Below are positions 43,351-56,349 of a stretch of DNA of 64,000 nucleotides, one piece after another; within the stretch, counting starts at the first letter, position 1; each line of letters begins with the position of its first letter. Both the position numbers and the translations under genes were made by a program. This DNA comes from Octopus vulgaris (taxonomy: Eukaryota). The notes under the pieces were generated by a model that worked only from the letters and a program-made list of their open reading frames with translations, made no database searches and was not told the DNA's origin. The stretch is from positions 23,188,001-23,252,000 of the forward strand of contig OX597817.1 of the NCBI GenBank assembly GCA_951406725.2. Direction: 5' to 3'.

Positions 43351-43696
43351 CTAGAAATAGCAGATAAAAGTATTATAATCACTCATATTATATCTCCTCA
43401 ACTATAATCTCAGTCTGCGAGCGACATGACACATAGAATTCAAAACCTAAATAAAAATAAAAGGTTAATCCTTTATAGCAACACCGAAGTTAGGAACCAA
43501 AAGTGGATTCCTGCTTCTCTTCAGGAAAACATTCCGTACATAGATTTTAATACAAAACACATACCTCGGAGCTTAACATTTGTCCCGGTCGACAGGAATA
43601 ATGTGCCGATACAAATATCAGTGATTACAGTGGCTTTATGGCAGTTTTCATTGCTATTTACATGCCTAGAAATATATATATATATATATATATAAA

Positions 43697-43951
43697 ATAA
43701 TAAATGCGCCCTTTTAAAGCCAAGCCAGTCTCATCGGCCTGGTTTCCCAGTTTCAATGGTGTATGTGATCCCTAGCTGGACGGGACGCCAGTCCATCGCA
43801 GTGTTATTCATTTTTGCCATCTGAGCTGACTGGAGCAACTTGAAATGAAGTGTTTTGCTCACGAACCCAACGCGTCGCCCGGTCCAGGAATGGAAACCAC
43901 AATCTTACGATCATGATTCTGACTCCCTAACCACTAAGCCACGCGCCTTCA
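43697..43951 (-). mobile_element. SINE family D variant
   Basis: Head accactaagccacgcgccttca; core ctggagcaacttgaaatgaagtg. Confidence 0.8.
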
Positions 43952-44038
43952 CATTCATCTGTATATGCATATACATAAATATACATCTATATATATATAT
44001 ATAAATATATATATGCATACATGTAGATATATACAAAG

Positions 44039-44117
<79 letters not shown>

Positions 44118-44452
44118 CATTCATGCATATATGTACATAGTGAAACTATTAAAAGTAAAACAATATAAAAGTAAAAATATTTATAACTGCTACATTTCAC
44201 ATTTATTCTTCGAGTTTTGAGACGTAATACGGCACCAATACCATTGTTGCATTGTTCTAATCCAGAAAAATTACATCCTTGAGGTTTCATAACATTGCCA
44301 TGTGAAATTTGATTTCATTTTATTTGAGTTGTTTGGGAATGCATTGGGAACAGACAGAGATACAAATTAATAAAAAAATAAACGGAGGAAATGCAACAAA
44401 AAACGTGAGGACGTAGTACATGCAATATACATACATACATAGCATCCTGTTC

Positions 44453-44488
44453 CTTTCTGTTGAAGAGCGTAGGATCGAAACGTAAAAG
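44453..44488 (+). ncRNA. Minimal hammerhead motif with variant CUGUUGA core
   Basis: cttt-CTGTTGA-a-gagc(gtag)gatc-GAAA-c-GTA-aaag, in a fragment that ends in (TA)n at 44580. Confidence 0.6.
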
Positions 44489-44575
44489 ACTTTCTCACTT
44501 CCCGAGCTTGAAACTAATACATCGGTTCGTTGTTTACACACCGTCTTCGTCTTTAATTTTTTTTTGTAAATTCTC

Positions 44576-44622
<47 letters not shown>

Positions 44623-44687
44623 CGGAGTAAACACATGAATGTGAAACAAGGTGGAAAAAAGAGTACTCAAATACCAGTGGTAGAGTA

Positions 44688-44832
44688 ATATGCTTTATTT
44701 AAAGCAGCAGAAAATTCAACAAAACCTGTTACTCTGAGTTTCACGTTCCCGTTCGTCAGGCAGTTTTTGCAAAAACTGTCCTTGAAACTCAGAGTAACAG
44801 GTTTTGTTGAATTTTCTGCTGATTTAAATAAA

Positions 44833-44838
<6 letters not shown>
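44688..44838. repeat. Fold-back with about 56-bp arms
   Basis: 44688-44743 pairs with 44783-44838; inner palindrome cagtttttgcaaaaactg. Confidence 0.9.
44726..44764 (-). ncRNA. Hammerhead motif
   Basis: ctgc-CTGACGA-acg(ggaa)cgt-GAAA-ctcaga-GTA-acag. Confidence 0.7.
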
Positions 44839-44890
<52 letters not shown>

Positions 44891-44914
44891 TTGCTAATGT
44901 TTTTTTTTTATAAA

Positions 44915-45850
44915 TACGAGGAATAATTTTATTCATCGAAGTATGCAGCCATATTGTCAATATATTTTTTCCTATCAAAAGATTATCAAAATTCTAGAAG
45001 CGGTTCTCAGTGGGAGAAAGATCCGTGAATATAGCAGATGATGCAGAACTTCCACCTCCAACTCCTATAGTTTCGCCAATGTCATATTTACGATGTGTGG
45101 TCTGGCGTTTTCTTGCAATAAAATAGACGTGGATCTGTTGACTAATCCAGGCTGATTTTTTTTGTAAGTTTCTTCATCATTTGATCCAGTCGGCTGCAGT
45201 ATACTTCGGCCGTGATTGATGAGCCAGGTCTAATGAAATCACAAGGGATCACACCTGCACCAGACCACCAAACACACACCATCATCTCCTTTTGATGAAG
45301 TTCGCTTTTTGAACTGTGTTTTGGTGGTTCGACTTTGTCCAACCATTGTACTGAACGTTTACGGTTGTTGTATTGCACCCAGTTCTCATAACATGTTACA
45401 ATTCAACTGGAAAATGATTAATGTTGTAACGGAAAATAAGTAGCATAATACAGGCTTCCAAACGTTGAGTTTTTGATTTTCATTGCGTTTATGTGGAACC
45501 CACTTATCCAAAGTTTTCACTTTACCGCTTTGAAGTAGGTGAATCAATAACGTTTGCTTGCTAACACCAAACACCAACTATAATTCACGGGCACTTTGAA
45601 ATGGATCTGACTCGACTGTAGCTTTCAGTTCGTCATTATCCACCTTTGTTTCTGATCGACCGTCTTGCTCATTTGTGAGTTCCAAATTACCAGAACGAAA
45701 GTGTGTAAACAAATTTGATACTGTCTGCTGTATAATAACATTAGAATGAAATACTCGATTAAAATTCCGAGCTGTATGTGATGCTGTATTTCCAAGAAGG
45801 AACTCATATTTCAAAACTGTACGAATGTCCGACTTATCCATCTCTAAACA
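44915..45850 (-). pseudogene. Mariner transposase pseudogene (Hsmar/SETMAR-like)
   Basis: Frameshifted ORFs MDKSDIRTVLKYEF..., KWVPH, YNNRKRSVQWL...MVCVWW...ITAEVYC. Confidence 0.92.
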
Positions 45851-45972
45851 AAATTAGTAAAATCTAATTATAAATAACTAATAAAGCGCAAGATGAGCAG
45901 CTATCAAAGTTTACTATATACCTTACTATAAATTTTTATACTTGACGATCTAATATACATATGTATCTATGA

Positions 45973-46004
<32 letters not shown>

Positions 46005-46432
46005 CTCAAGAATATACCGTATTAAGCTTGTCCACCTTCAGATTTACACTGTGTCATCCAATAAGAGCATTCTACGTGATTCCAACGGTGCCGCTGGACA
46101 CCAACAAAGGTATTTCCATGTCCTCCCGCATACATACATACATACATACATACATACATACATACATACATACATACATACATACATACATACATACATA
46201 CATACATGCATACATACACACACACACACTGACATATGACAACTTCTTTCCACTTCGATTTCTTGTTACGTAGAAGTCTAATGATATGTTTAGCGTTGCG
46301 GAATTACAAGTTATGCCACAATCGTAAGAACGTAACTCCTTTGGAATTACATTAATTCCGTAAATGACTATCTAACTATCCATCCATCCATCCATCCAAC
46401 CATCTATCTATCTATCTCTTACCCTCCCCTCC

Positions 46433-46515
<83 letters not shown>

Positions 46516-46712
46516 AATGAGGGTGAAAAATTTGATATTAATTTAATAATACCATCAATTTAACACCAAGTGGCTTAGCACATAAAAACCAAGGATATAA
46601 TACAAATTTATGCACAAATATGAGAGTGGCTGTACCATAGTGTATCTATTTTTAGCACCAGAGTAGACTACATAGTGGTCGCTCTCTCATATTTATATAT
46701 ATATATATATAT

Positions 46713-47142
46713 AACGTAAGGGGGATCAGCCATCTGAATGTGGCTAGGGACAGGGCGGAGTGGTGGGGGTGTTACTGATGCTTTTAGCCCCAGGCGATCA
46801 TCAACGTCACCAGAATGACTGACACCATATCGGTGTCCCTGTTTGCCTGTAAAGGGAGGTTATCCTCCCTCAAAGATACGGATGCTACATACGGACCGGT
46901 TTCGAGGTCAACCGGTCCGTATGTAGCATCCGTATCTTCGAGGAAGGATAACCTCCCTTTACAGGCAAACAAGGACACCGATATGGTGTCAGTCCTTCTG
47001 GTGACGTTGATGATCGCCTGGGGCTAAAAGCATCAGTAACACCCCCACCACCCCGCCCTGTCCCTAGCCACATTCAGATGGCTGATCCCCCTTACGTTGT
47101 CGAGCAGTTACTGTTTATATCTCGTTCAGAGATTTATTATTG
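46713..47142. mobile_element. 386-bp near-perfect palindrome plus 44-bp tail (PLE-type inverted terminal repeat)
   Basis: Arms 46713-46901 and 46910-47098, loop tcgaggtc; flanked by (TA)n; homologous to 51920-52448. Confidence 0.9.
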
Positions 47143-47144
47143 TT

Positions 47145-47180
<36 letters not shown>

Positions 47181-47210
47181 CACGATATATATGTATTTGT
47201 TTATGGAGAG

Positions 47211-47261
<51 letters not shown>

Positions 47262-48046
47262 GAGGAGAAATAATGACAGAGATTTCTTGCGATATCTTAT
47301 ATTCAAATTTCCATGAACATAAAACTTTTGCTGTTTAAAATGAACCCGTTTTGTGCAGCACGTACATAATGTGAGGACAGTAAAAAGAAATAAAAATATG
47401 CAAATTGTTATCTCCATACCTCCCCTGCTATTCTGGGGCAAAAATAATCCATTGCTAGTTGTAGTATGGAAATTTTGAACTTAACTAACATATCCATTTG
47501 TTTTTCGACAAATGTACATTCGTTTACAACACATTAATTAATCCATATTTTACAACACTACATTTTATGTTTATCTTGATATACCATGTATATTATTAAT
47601 ATAAACACGCAGTTATCATTTTGAAACGAAATTAAATACATTGAGTTAATTAATCTATCATTGTTTTGTGAATAGATATCATGCTAATTTGAAATAAGCA
47701 GTTTAACTAAATCATGTTTTGCATACAATATAGACAGCTATGAGGTTCTAATATTTTGATGAAAGCTTATACTTTCTGTGTTCACAATTTAAAAGGACAA
47801 GGGAGAATTACCATTGGATTTAGTTTTGCTGTTGACAATGTATTAATCATGGAAATACATGGTTGTTTTGTTTAGATATTTTTTACTTTACACCGAAAAT
47901 CTAGGAGTTTTCTTATAATAAAAATGTATAACATGTATGTCAACTGATCTAAAACCATTGTTTTCTGTGCTGAAAAATATTTACAGGGACTCACAACTTG
48001 AAACACACAAACTTATAGACACACACACACACACACACACGCACAC

Positions 48047-48094
<48 letters not shown>

Positions 48095-48228
48095 CCTGTC
48101 ATTGTAGCTGAACAATTTACATTCTTGTAGCCCGCAAACGAGCTGGTGATAAGCAAAATTGAACAAAGATAAAGATGGTTCATCGAAGCACAAGTACAAG
48201 TACATATATTCATACACCAAACAATGTA

Positions 48229-48275
<47 letters not shown>

Positions 48276-48689
48276 ATGTGTGTGTGTGTATTTACATATA
48301 TATATGTATATATATAAGCGTATGTATAAATTACATACATACTTATATACATGCATATGTATTTATCGTGAAGGGTGATCGAAAGAATGGAAAAATGAGT
48401 TTTAAGTTTGGCGCAAGCCATATTCAGAATCTCTGAAAATTTCGAATTATCTAGGTTTATTCTCACAGAAAAAGCAGAACCTAAGCAAGTCAATAGAATT
48501 ACTAGGAAAATTAGATAAGTATAGCTTAACAAAGTCTATACCTGGTAACTGCTAAAGCAATCACGAAAATTATACTAGAAACTTTCGCGCAACAAATGAT
48601 AAGTTATATAAAGAAGCTTACAATTTCGGGCAATTTTCTCCCTATAATGACTTGATGCCATTGAAGCTTACAGAAAATCGAGGCTATAA

Positions 48690-49260
48690 ATTCAAAATAT
48701 ATTGATTGACAGAAATATTAAAGGACTGAATATCATAAACAAGGGGAAAAAAGACGAAGGAAGTGAGTTCCAAAGACCAGTAGCTCGAGTAAAGAAGCTT
48801 TTAGAATTAAAAGGACTTAGGAATAATAATAAGTTCAACAGAGAAACAACGCATCTTGGGAGAAAATTGAGGAATGCATTTACAAGTTTTCCTGAGAATG
48901 CCAGACCAGAATGTTCAGAGTAATAATCACTGAAATACTGAAAGAAAAGACAACGAAAATACATTTAGACGTTTGCGAAAGGCTCAATCCGATCGGATAT
49001 TAGAGGACCAACTGTGTCAATAACTCGATTCTGATTACTAGGAAGTAGTTTAAGACCTTCGGAGGATGGACTTGCCCAAAGAAGACAGCAATATTCAGTA
49101 CAATATCGAATGGTAGACTTGTAGAAATGCAAAACACTCTCGGACGTAAAACACTTGCTGGTAGAAAAGAAAGCTCCAAAATTCTTAGCAGCCGACAAGG
49201 CAATGAACCGAGAATATTTGAACCAAGGGAGATCCTTGGTCAAAGGCCTATCAAGGAGTC
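48690..49260 (-). mobile_element. CR1-group LINE ORF2 3' remnant
   Basis: LHFYKSTIRYCTEYCCLLW...SFFTRATGLWNSLP. Confidence 0.8.
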
Positions 49261-49604
49261 TAATAATTTGGCATTCTTGGAGATCAACCATACCTATGGC
49301 AATCATTCGCTTGTGCACAAAGACTATCCTCAACAAAAGCGGTTTGCTGAAGGCTACTAATTTTTTCCTGGCAGCAAAAGTACAGTGAAATCACCAGCAT
49401 AACTAGTTTAGCCATGAAATGTAATAATATAATATAGCTATGATAATGCCACTGAGCCTGAAACAATATAGGATGTGAAACATCTCAAAAAATGTTTTAG
49501 ATGGATGGATGCATCGACAAAGTATCATATATTCGCACATACATACATAGATACATACAGACAGACATTTAGGTAAATATGGGTATGTATATACGTGTTT
49601 GTAT

Positions 49605-50015
49605 ACTCTCTCTCTTTACTCTTTTACTTGTTTCAGTCATTTGACTGCGGCCATGCTGGAGCACCGCCTTTAATCGAGCAGCTCGACCCCGGGACTTATT
49701 CTTTTGTAAGCCCAGTACTGATTCTATCGGTCTCTTTTGCCGAACCGCTAGGTAACGGGGACATAAACACAACAGCATCGGTTGTCATGCAATGCTAGTG
49801 GGACAAACACAGACACACAAACACACACACACTTATATATATACATATATACGACCGGCTTCTTTCAGTTTCCGTCTACCAAATCCACTCACAAGGCTTT
49901 GGTCGGCCCGAGGCTATAGAAGAAGACACTTGCCCAAGGTGCCACGCAGTGGGACTGAACCCGGGATCATGTGGTCGGTAAACAAGCTCATTACCACACA
50001 GCTACTCCTGCACCT
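49605..50015 (-). mobile_element. Full-length SINE family A
   Basis: Highly similar to 54520-54915. Confidence 0.9.
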
Positions 50016-51181
50016 ATGTGTCTGTATATATTAGGCTTTTGCATTCTCTGTGTAAGACAAATTCACTCACTAGTCATTTCGATGCTATTGCAGCGCAAAC
50101 TTACGTAATGTTCCACGTAGTGGAATCGAACGTAGATATAGGTGAATGCAATGTAAACTTATGAATTACCAATTATCCAGACAAAGCTATAATATTTACG
50201 TATGTGTGTGTGTGACAATGTGAATGCCTTTGTATAATTGTCATTGTTTGTTTTTCATTTACTCACTATTTTATACCAGCTGTTTTGTAAAACTGAGTAA
50301 AAATATGTATTCATCTTACCCCCACACACTGCCTATGAAATATCTCAAGGAAGAACTGATATCGGGCATGAATCTTCTACTTGAATGACTATTTTATAGC
50401 TGCTAATTGCTTTCCCGCTATTATAAGGCACTTTGGAAACATTGTAAAGATAATCTTCTGTCGGAATATTCAAGGGAAGTAGCGCTGTTTGTAAGCAACA
50501 AAGAGAAAACGGACATTAATGAAGATATTACGTTCATTAAAGATGGAAATATTTTGTATTTAGATGGAAATGGACAGATAATGAAAGAAAAAAATAAAAA
50601 TCAAATAATACAATGAAAATATTTATTGTGTGCAATATTTTTATTGCGTTTATACAAAAGGTCCAAAACTGTAATAAAGTTATTTGCTTAAATTAAAATC
50701 GAAGCGGTCCCCAAGCTGAAATGTATAGCACAAAAACATACATAATAACAATTGAATAACATTTGAATGAAATATATTAAACATCATTTAACAAAACCCA
50801 TGTGACTGTGAGAAATCATTAAACAAGAATAATGGTCTGTATTTGTAATCTGTAGAAATATGACACAACAATTGATTAAGGAATGGAATTCAGCAGACGG
50901 AACTTACGAAACGGTTTCACTTCATGCGTAAACCCAAACGGTAAAACGCTTTAAATGTAGGAAATGCGCTGCGATAAATGAACCAAGAACAATGTCCGTA
51001 AATGAATTTTATCAACAAGGAATCATGGATGGCAGTAAACTCTTCGCATAAAGGAAACGGATATGCATAAGCATGTTTCTGTGCTTACATCGCATAATTT
51101 GAATCCTCATCCATAATTTCTTCCCATTTTATAAATAAGAAATTTAAACTGGTTCCTTTTCACTAGATATAATATTAATTA

Positions 51182-51575
51182 CTAGCAGTATCGCCCGGCG
51201 TTGCTAGGATTTGTAAGGGAAATAACTATAAAGCATTTTAAGAGAGTTATAGCCAAAAAATAGCAAAAAATGCATTAAAAAGGGAAAAAATATGATGGTA
51301 AATTTTTTTTTAAATCGTTGACTCATCGTAGACATTTTTAGAGAGTTACTTCCCTTATATTTAAAAGAATATGCATTAAAATGGAAAAAGATGATGGTAA
51401 ATTATTTTTAAAATCGTAGACTCATCGTAGACGCACGCTAATACCCAGAAGGGCTCGATATGAATCACGACTATAAGATACCCGGTTTTGGTTAAACTGC
51501 ATCGCAAAATGTGGGAGTAGTTAGGAATCTAAATCGGAGTAGACAGACACACAACCTTACTTTTATATATAAAGA
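51182..51575 (-). mobile_element. Non-autonomous Helitron
   Basis: Minus strand A|TCtttatatataaaag...cctagcaacgccgggcgatactgCTAG|T: 5' TC, subterminal hairpin, 3' CTAG, AT insertion site, internal direct duplication. Confidence 0.85.
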
Positions 51576-51919
51576 TTTTAGGGAGATGGGATTTGTTGAA
51601 GTTCTCACGTATCTCGTAAGAATTAAAAATATATCAGACTCGAGGAGCCTATCAACATTTACCTATTCCAAGTAACTCAGAAGCATAAGCGCATTACAAA
51701 CAAAGAGTATGGCTGAAAATCCAGTAGTGACCATCACACATATACCTTGGTCTCTATTACGACCACCTTATCTCACACAGAAAAACGTGGATATGAAAAT
51801 AAACTATGTAGTCATGTAATACACAGACTGAAAATTCTTCTGTTTTCTTTATCGTGCCCTAAATATATGTTACCCTCGGTAATGAGTAAAAAGTTTTTCA
51901 GGGATTCTCTTAACATACA

Positions 51920-52448
51920 GCAATAATAAATCTCTGAGCGAGATGTAAACAGTAGGCGCTCGACAACAGTAGTATACTAGCCATCTCAATATGGCTAACT
52001 ACTAGGGGTGGGTGTTACTCTAGCTAAAAAGCTACAGTAACAACCACCCCTAGTGGTTAGCTTTATTTAGATGGCTAGTATACTTTACGTTGTCGAGCGC
52101 CTACTGTTTACATCTCGCTCAGAGATTTATTATTGCTTTCAGACCGTTTTTCGAAATCAGTGACTGTGGTTACAGGGAAAACCATTAAATAGATATTCGC
52201 AAACAGGTCTCTCTTATCGAAAACCCGTGATTACCGTGTGTTGACAAGAGACAATAATCTCGAAACTGCAGTCCATGCGTATCACTTAAGTTTACGAGAG
52301 GGCTGACCTTCCTTTGCAAATATCATAAGAGTGTCTGGATAATTGTGTCTAAAGCCAGCTGGAGACGATGATCTCCTGGGGCTAAAAAAGCTACAGTAAC
52401 ACCCACCCCTAGTGGTTAGCCATATTGAGATGGCTAGTATACTTTACG
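51920..52448 (+). mobile_element. PLE-type insertion with 5' fold-back, decayed HHR and 11-12-bp TSD
   Basis: TSD tcttaacataca at 51908-51919 and 52449-52460; palindrome at 51920-52136; third copy of the terminal motif at 52380-52448. Confidence 0.85.
52236..52278 (+). ncRNA. Decayed hammerhead motif
   Basis: gtgtg-TTGACAA-gaga(caataa)tctc-GAAA-ctgca-GTC-catgc; core is two transitions from CTGACGA. Confidence 0.6.
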
Positions 52449-53046
52449 TCTTAACATACAATTCTTAATAATCAAAATTTCGGAAGCAGCACTGCTGAAG
52501 ATCAACCTCAACTTAGATTTTCACTCTATATGGCAGACAATCAACAATGTTACATAAATCGCGTCTTACATCACACCAGCAATTTCGTCAACATCCAAGT
52601 TTTATAGATAAACTCAACAAGTGTTAAAATATCAACAGCTACGTCAAACAGTCACAGATCAGAAAGTTCAAAGTACCTTCCATCAGACGGTTTCAGAGCT
52701 ACATTCCGATATTCGATAAATCCAGATAGATTCAATGAAATAGAGTCAGTGTTGCATTTTCTTCAAAGGATACCTTATGATTCTGCCAATTCTTAAATAA
52801 TATTCTTATTTCCAAGTTTGAAAGGTCAAGGAAACTTCAAGCATTGAATACATCTCGTACGCATTTCTTTCTGTACATGAGGTCCAGCTGCTCTTATGAC
52901 CTACAATACACACTCACATCCACTTTGTACGCATCCTTATTCTTCATGGAAACGCTCTCCACAAGGAACTTAGACACTGCATGTCAAATGTTCTCGGTCA
53001 CAGTGATTAGACGTCGGAAACAGAGTGAGTTTAGGACAATATATAT

Positions 53047-53263
53047 TTCTTTACTACCCACAAGGGGCTAAACACAGAGGGGACAAACAAGGACAGACAC
53101 ACGGATTAAGTCGATTATATCGACCCCAGTACGTAACTGGTACTTATTTAATCGACCCCGAAAGGATGAAAGGCAAAGTCGACCTCGGCAGAATTTGAAC
53201 TCAGAACGTAACGGCAGACGAAATACCGCTAAGCATTTCGCCCGGCGTGCTAACGTTTCTGCC
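53047..53263 (-). mobile_element. SINE family B
   Basis: Near-intact copy; caatata on both flanks. Confidence 0.9.
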
Positions 53264-53417
53264 AATATAGTCTCTTGCATCACCTGGATGATATAATCAC
53301 ATTCATAACAAGAAGACTTTGTTACCATCAATACATGCACACACACACATACATATAAAGCATAGTTTTCACAGTGTAATCTCAGTTATCTCATTCAGAA
53401 TTATTTTGTATATAGAG

Positions 53418-53561
53418 AATACCAAACTCATTCCCTATGGATACCGTATTTATTACAACGAGTGGCTTGTAAACGTATCTAACTCGCTTTCGCTCGTTAG
53501 ATACGTTTACAAGCCACTCGTTGTAATAAATACGGTATCCATAGGGAATGAGTTTGGTATT
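53418..53561. repeat. Perfect palindrome, 66-bp arms, 12-nt loop
   Basis: 53418-53483 pairs with 53496-53561; loop tcgctttcgctc. Confidence 0.95.
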
Positions 53562-53657
53562 TTATTTATTACACACGAATAAACGACCATATTTTATTAA
53601 CCCAATAACTAAATTCTTCACGTCTAGTTGTAACTTATGAATGACAAAAGTAGTGCC

Positions 53658-53761
53658 GTCACCGTGACCTCAAGTCATCACCATGGATTGACCAATCAGA
53701 AGCAGCGCTGTCACCGTGACCTCGGGTCATCACCATGGATTGACCAATCAGAAGCAGCGCT
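53658..53761 (+). repeat. Two 52-bp tandem repeats, each with a CCAAT box
   Basis: gtcaccgtgacctc..gtcatcaccatggattgaccaatcagaagcagcgct twice. Confidence 0.95.
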
Positions 53762-54519
53762 CGCAGTATCTGACATATGATAGATACCAAAAATATCTCA
53801 AAGTGTTCTCACTCACATGTGTGTAATAAATGTATGTTGTCAATTAGACACATTATAGGCTCCTGGCAGACGTAAGATCAATATAACTGTTTATTTGTGG
53901 CAAATGATGAAATCGGTGATAGATATCTAACGATTAATTATTATTGTCCCACTGAATATGTTGTTCCAATGTGTATAAGGGAAACATTTATTTCTAAAAC
54001 GGTTACAGAGTGGAGACACCGGATAGCCATTCAGAGATTCACAAAGGCTTTTAACTTCACATAAAGGTTTTTCGCAATATAGTGACAATAAATGTTTAAT
54101 TGAAGTTAACTGCTTTTGTGTAGTTCTGAATGGCTAACATGAGTTTTCACGCAGCAATAGTTTGCATTTCGACGCGAGGCCTCGGATCAAAACATTTGCC
54201 ATGCAAGTAGATATCCGTAATTTAAATATTAGAGTATTTTTTGTTTATAAATATGAAAAGAAATCGGTCGACACTTTAGATTTACGTAAAATATATAGCA
54301 GTCTAACCAGGAATTTCCTTAAGAGAATGATACAACACCCAACACCGCAAATGCATGTGGAAAATGTCACGTCTTTAATCACGGAACTTTAATCCATACA
54401 GCAGTACAAATACACGCCACAAATACCTATAATTCTGACTTCCACATACGCCACCGCATGTCTCTGCCAAAACCTATTTCCACTCTGTTCTGTCAATTAA
54501 AAATATCCTCACACAATTT

Positions 54520-54915
54520 ACTCTTTACTCTTTACTCTTTTACTTGTTTCAGTCATTTGACTGCGGCCATGCTGGAGCACCGCCTTTAGTCGAGGAAATC
54601 TACCCCGGGACTTATTCTTTGTAAGCCCAGTACTTATTCAATCGGTTTCTTTTGCCGAACCGCTAAGTGACGGGGACGTTAACACACCAGCATCGGTTGT
54701 CAAGCAATGCTAGAGAGACAAACACAGACACACAAACATATATACATATATACGACAGGCTTCTTTCAGTTTCCGTCTACCAAATCCACTCACAAGGCAT
54801 TGGTCGGCCCGGGGCTGTAGCAGAAGACACTTGCCCAAGGTGCCACGCAGTGGGACTGAACCCGGAACCATGTGGTTGGTTAGCAAGCTACTTACCACAC
54901 AGCCACTCCTGCGCC
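54520..54915 (-). mobile_element. Full-length SINE family A
   Basis: Head ggcgcaggagtggctgtgtggtaag...gggttcagtccc; tail of aaagagt repeats; caatttac on both flanks. Confidence 0.92.
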
Positions 54916-55263
54916 AATTTACGTATGTTATTGTATATGTGTGCTCATGGTTTTGTGTGAGAGCATTACGCATGTGTGTGTGTGCGTGTGTTTCAGTAGA
55001 AGGTAACATATTTCGATACATACGTACTATTAATTACCACTATAAACTATAGATAACCTGAGACACTTTCAAACCAGTAGCCTCTAGAAACGAGTCGCTC
55101 TGTAACTACAAATATTTTGAATAACACTTCCCCCTTATTCTATTTAGTTCTTCTGCTTGCTGTGCTTGAAGTACGATCTCGTTCAATGTTCCATTTTACA
55201 TTCTATCATCCAAGAGCTTGCGCTTCACTCAAAAGCTTTGCCTACGCACTTGACTATATATAT

Positions 55264-55307
<44 letters not shown>

Positions 55308-56349
55308 TAATATCCTCTATAAGTTAAAATCTTTCATGATTATTTTCTTATATTTACTTGTTGATGTGAAGCTATCACTAATTTCCTACACTTATCGTGT
55401 CCATCTTCAACTCTTTATTTGAAAACTAACATTATTTTCTTTTTTGCCATGCGTTTGGCTAGTACTATCTACTCTCGTTTATATTGCTTACTCATTATGA
55501 TCGAACCTCGTATTTCTGATACATAACCGCCTTGTCTTGTTCTATGCTATCATTTACATCAACTGTGTTCATCACTATTTACGTTGCATTATTCCTCATA
55601 TTTTCTTCCCTATGTTCAAGCGATACCACCCGTTTGTTTCCCTGAACTGAAGCAACAAGGTCATGAAATATTGTATTATTCATCCGACGCCTTAATGAAA
55701 ATTACCATTTCTTATGAGACAGAGGTAAAGAATAACTGAGTCGATAAACCAGCCAATTATTCAGAATAGGAAAATTCTCGAAACTTGTCAACAGTTTCTA
55801 ATTTGTCCGCTGACATGAAAGAGACAACTTTGTGACAGTCGATAAATTTATAATTTTCAGACATTATGAACAATGGACGTATTGTTAAAGTGTTAGACGA
55901 TAGTAATATGATATATATATATAAAAAAAAAATCAATGGTTGAATGTCTTGACGAATTCATTTCCAGTGATGAGTAAAATTTTAAGATTTAGAGCTTTTA
56001 CTTACCTTTTGATATTGAGAAATTAAGAGAGAAAATGTTAGTGTTTCCACAAATACAAAGTAGTAAATAAATTTGCTAGCTGACTGTGCTGCGGTTAACA
56101 TACAACCTTGAACATAATTCTGTAGCAAATGGGGCCTAGTTCCTGTTTTACTTAAATGTATAACTTGAAAGATGTCCACAGAGAGCAGACTTATGGAATT
56201 ATGTTAAAACTAACATCTATAAACAGCCAATGTAATGTTCATGTTTTAGAATTTTAAATCAGTACTCTTAATGAAATGGAGAACATCAATATTCGAAGTA
56301 ACGAAATGGAAAATAAAATATATATTTCCATAATAATTAGCATTGTAAC

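Noticed and set aside
46784-47027. Mirror-image ORFs on both strands (also 60524-60979)
   Set aside because: A by-product of palindromic DNA.
47005-47060. SECIS, C/D snoRNA or twister reading of ttgatgatcgcctggggctaaaag
   Set aside because: Required partner motifs are missing and not conserved in the 52367 homolog.
53658-53761. CRISPR-like repeat
   Set aside because: Two adjacent copies without spacers, in a eukaryotic context with no cas genes.
55982-56179. Minus-strand ORF ending at aag|gtaagt
   Set aside because: Could be an exon, but there is no homology or clear acceptor.
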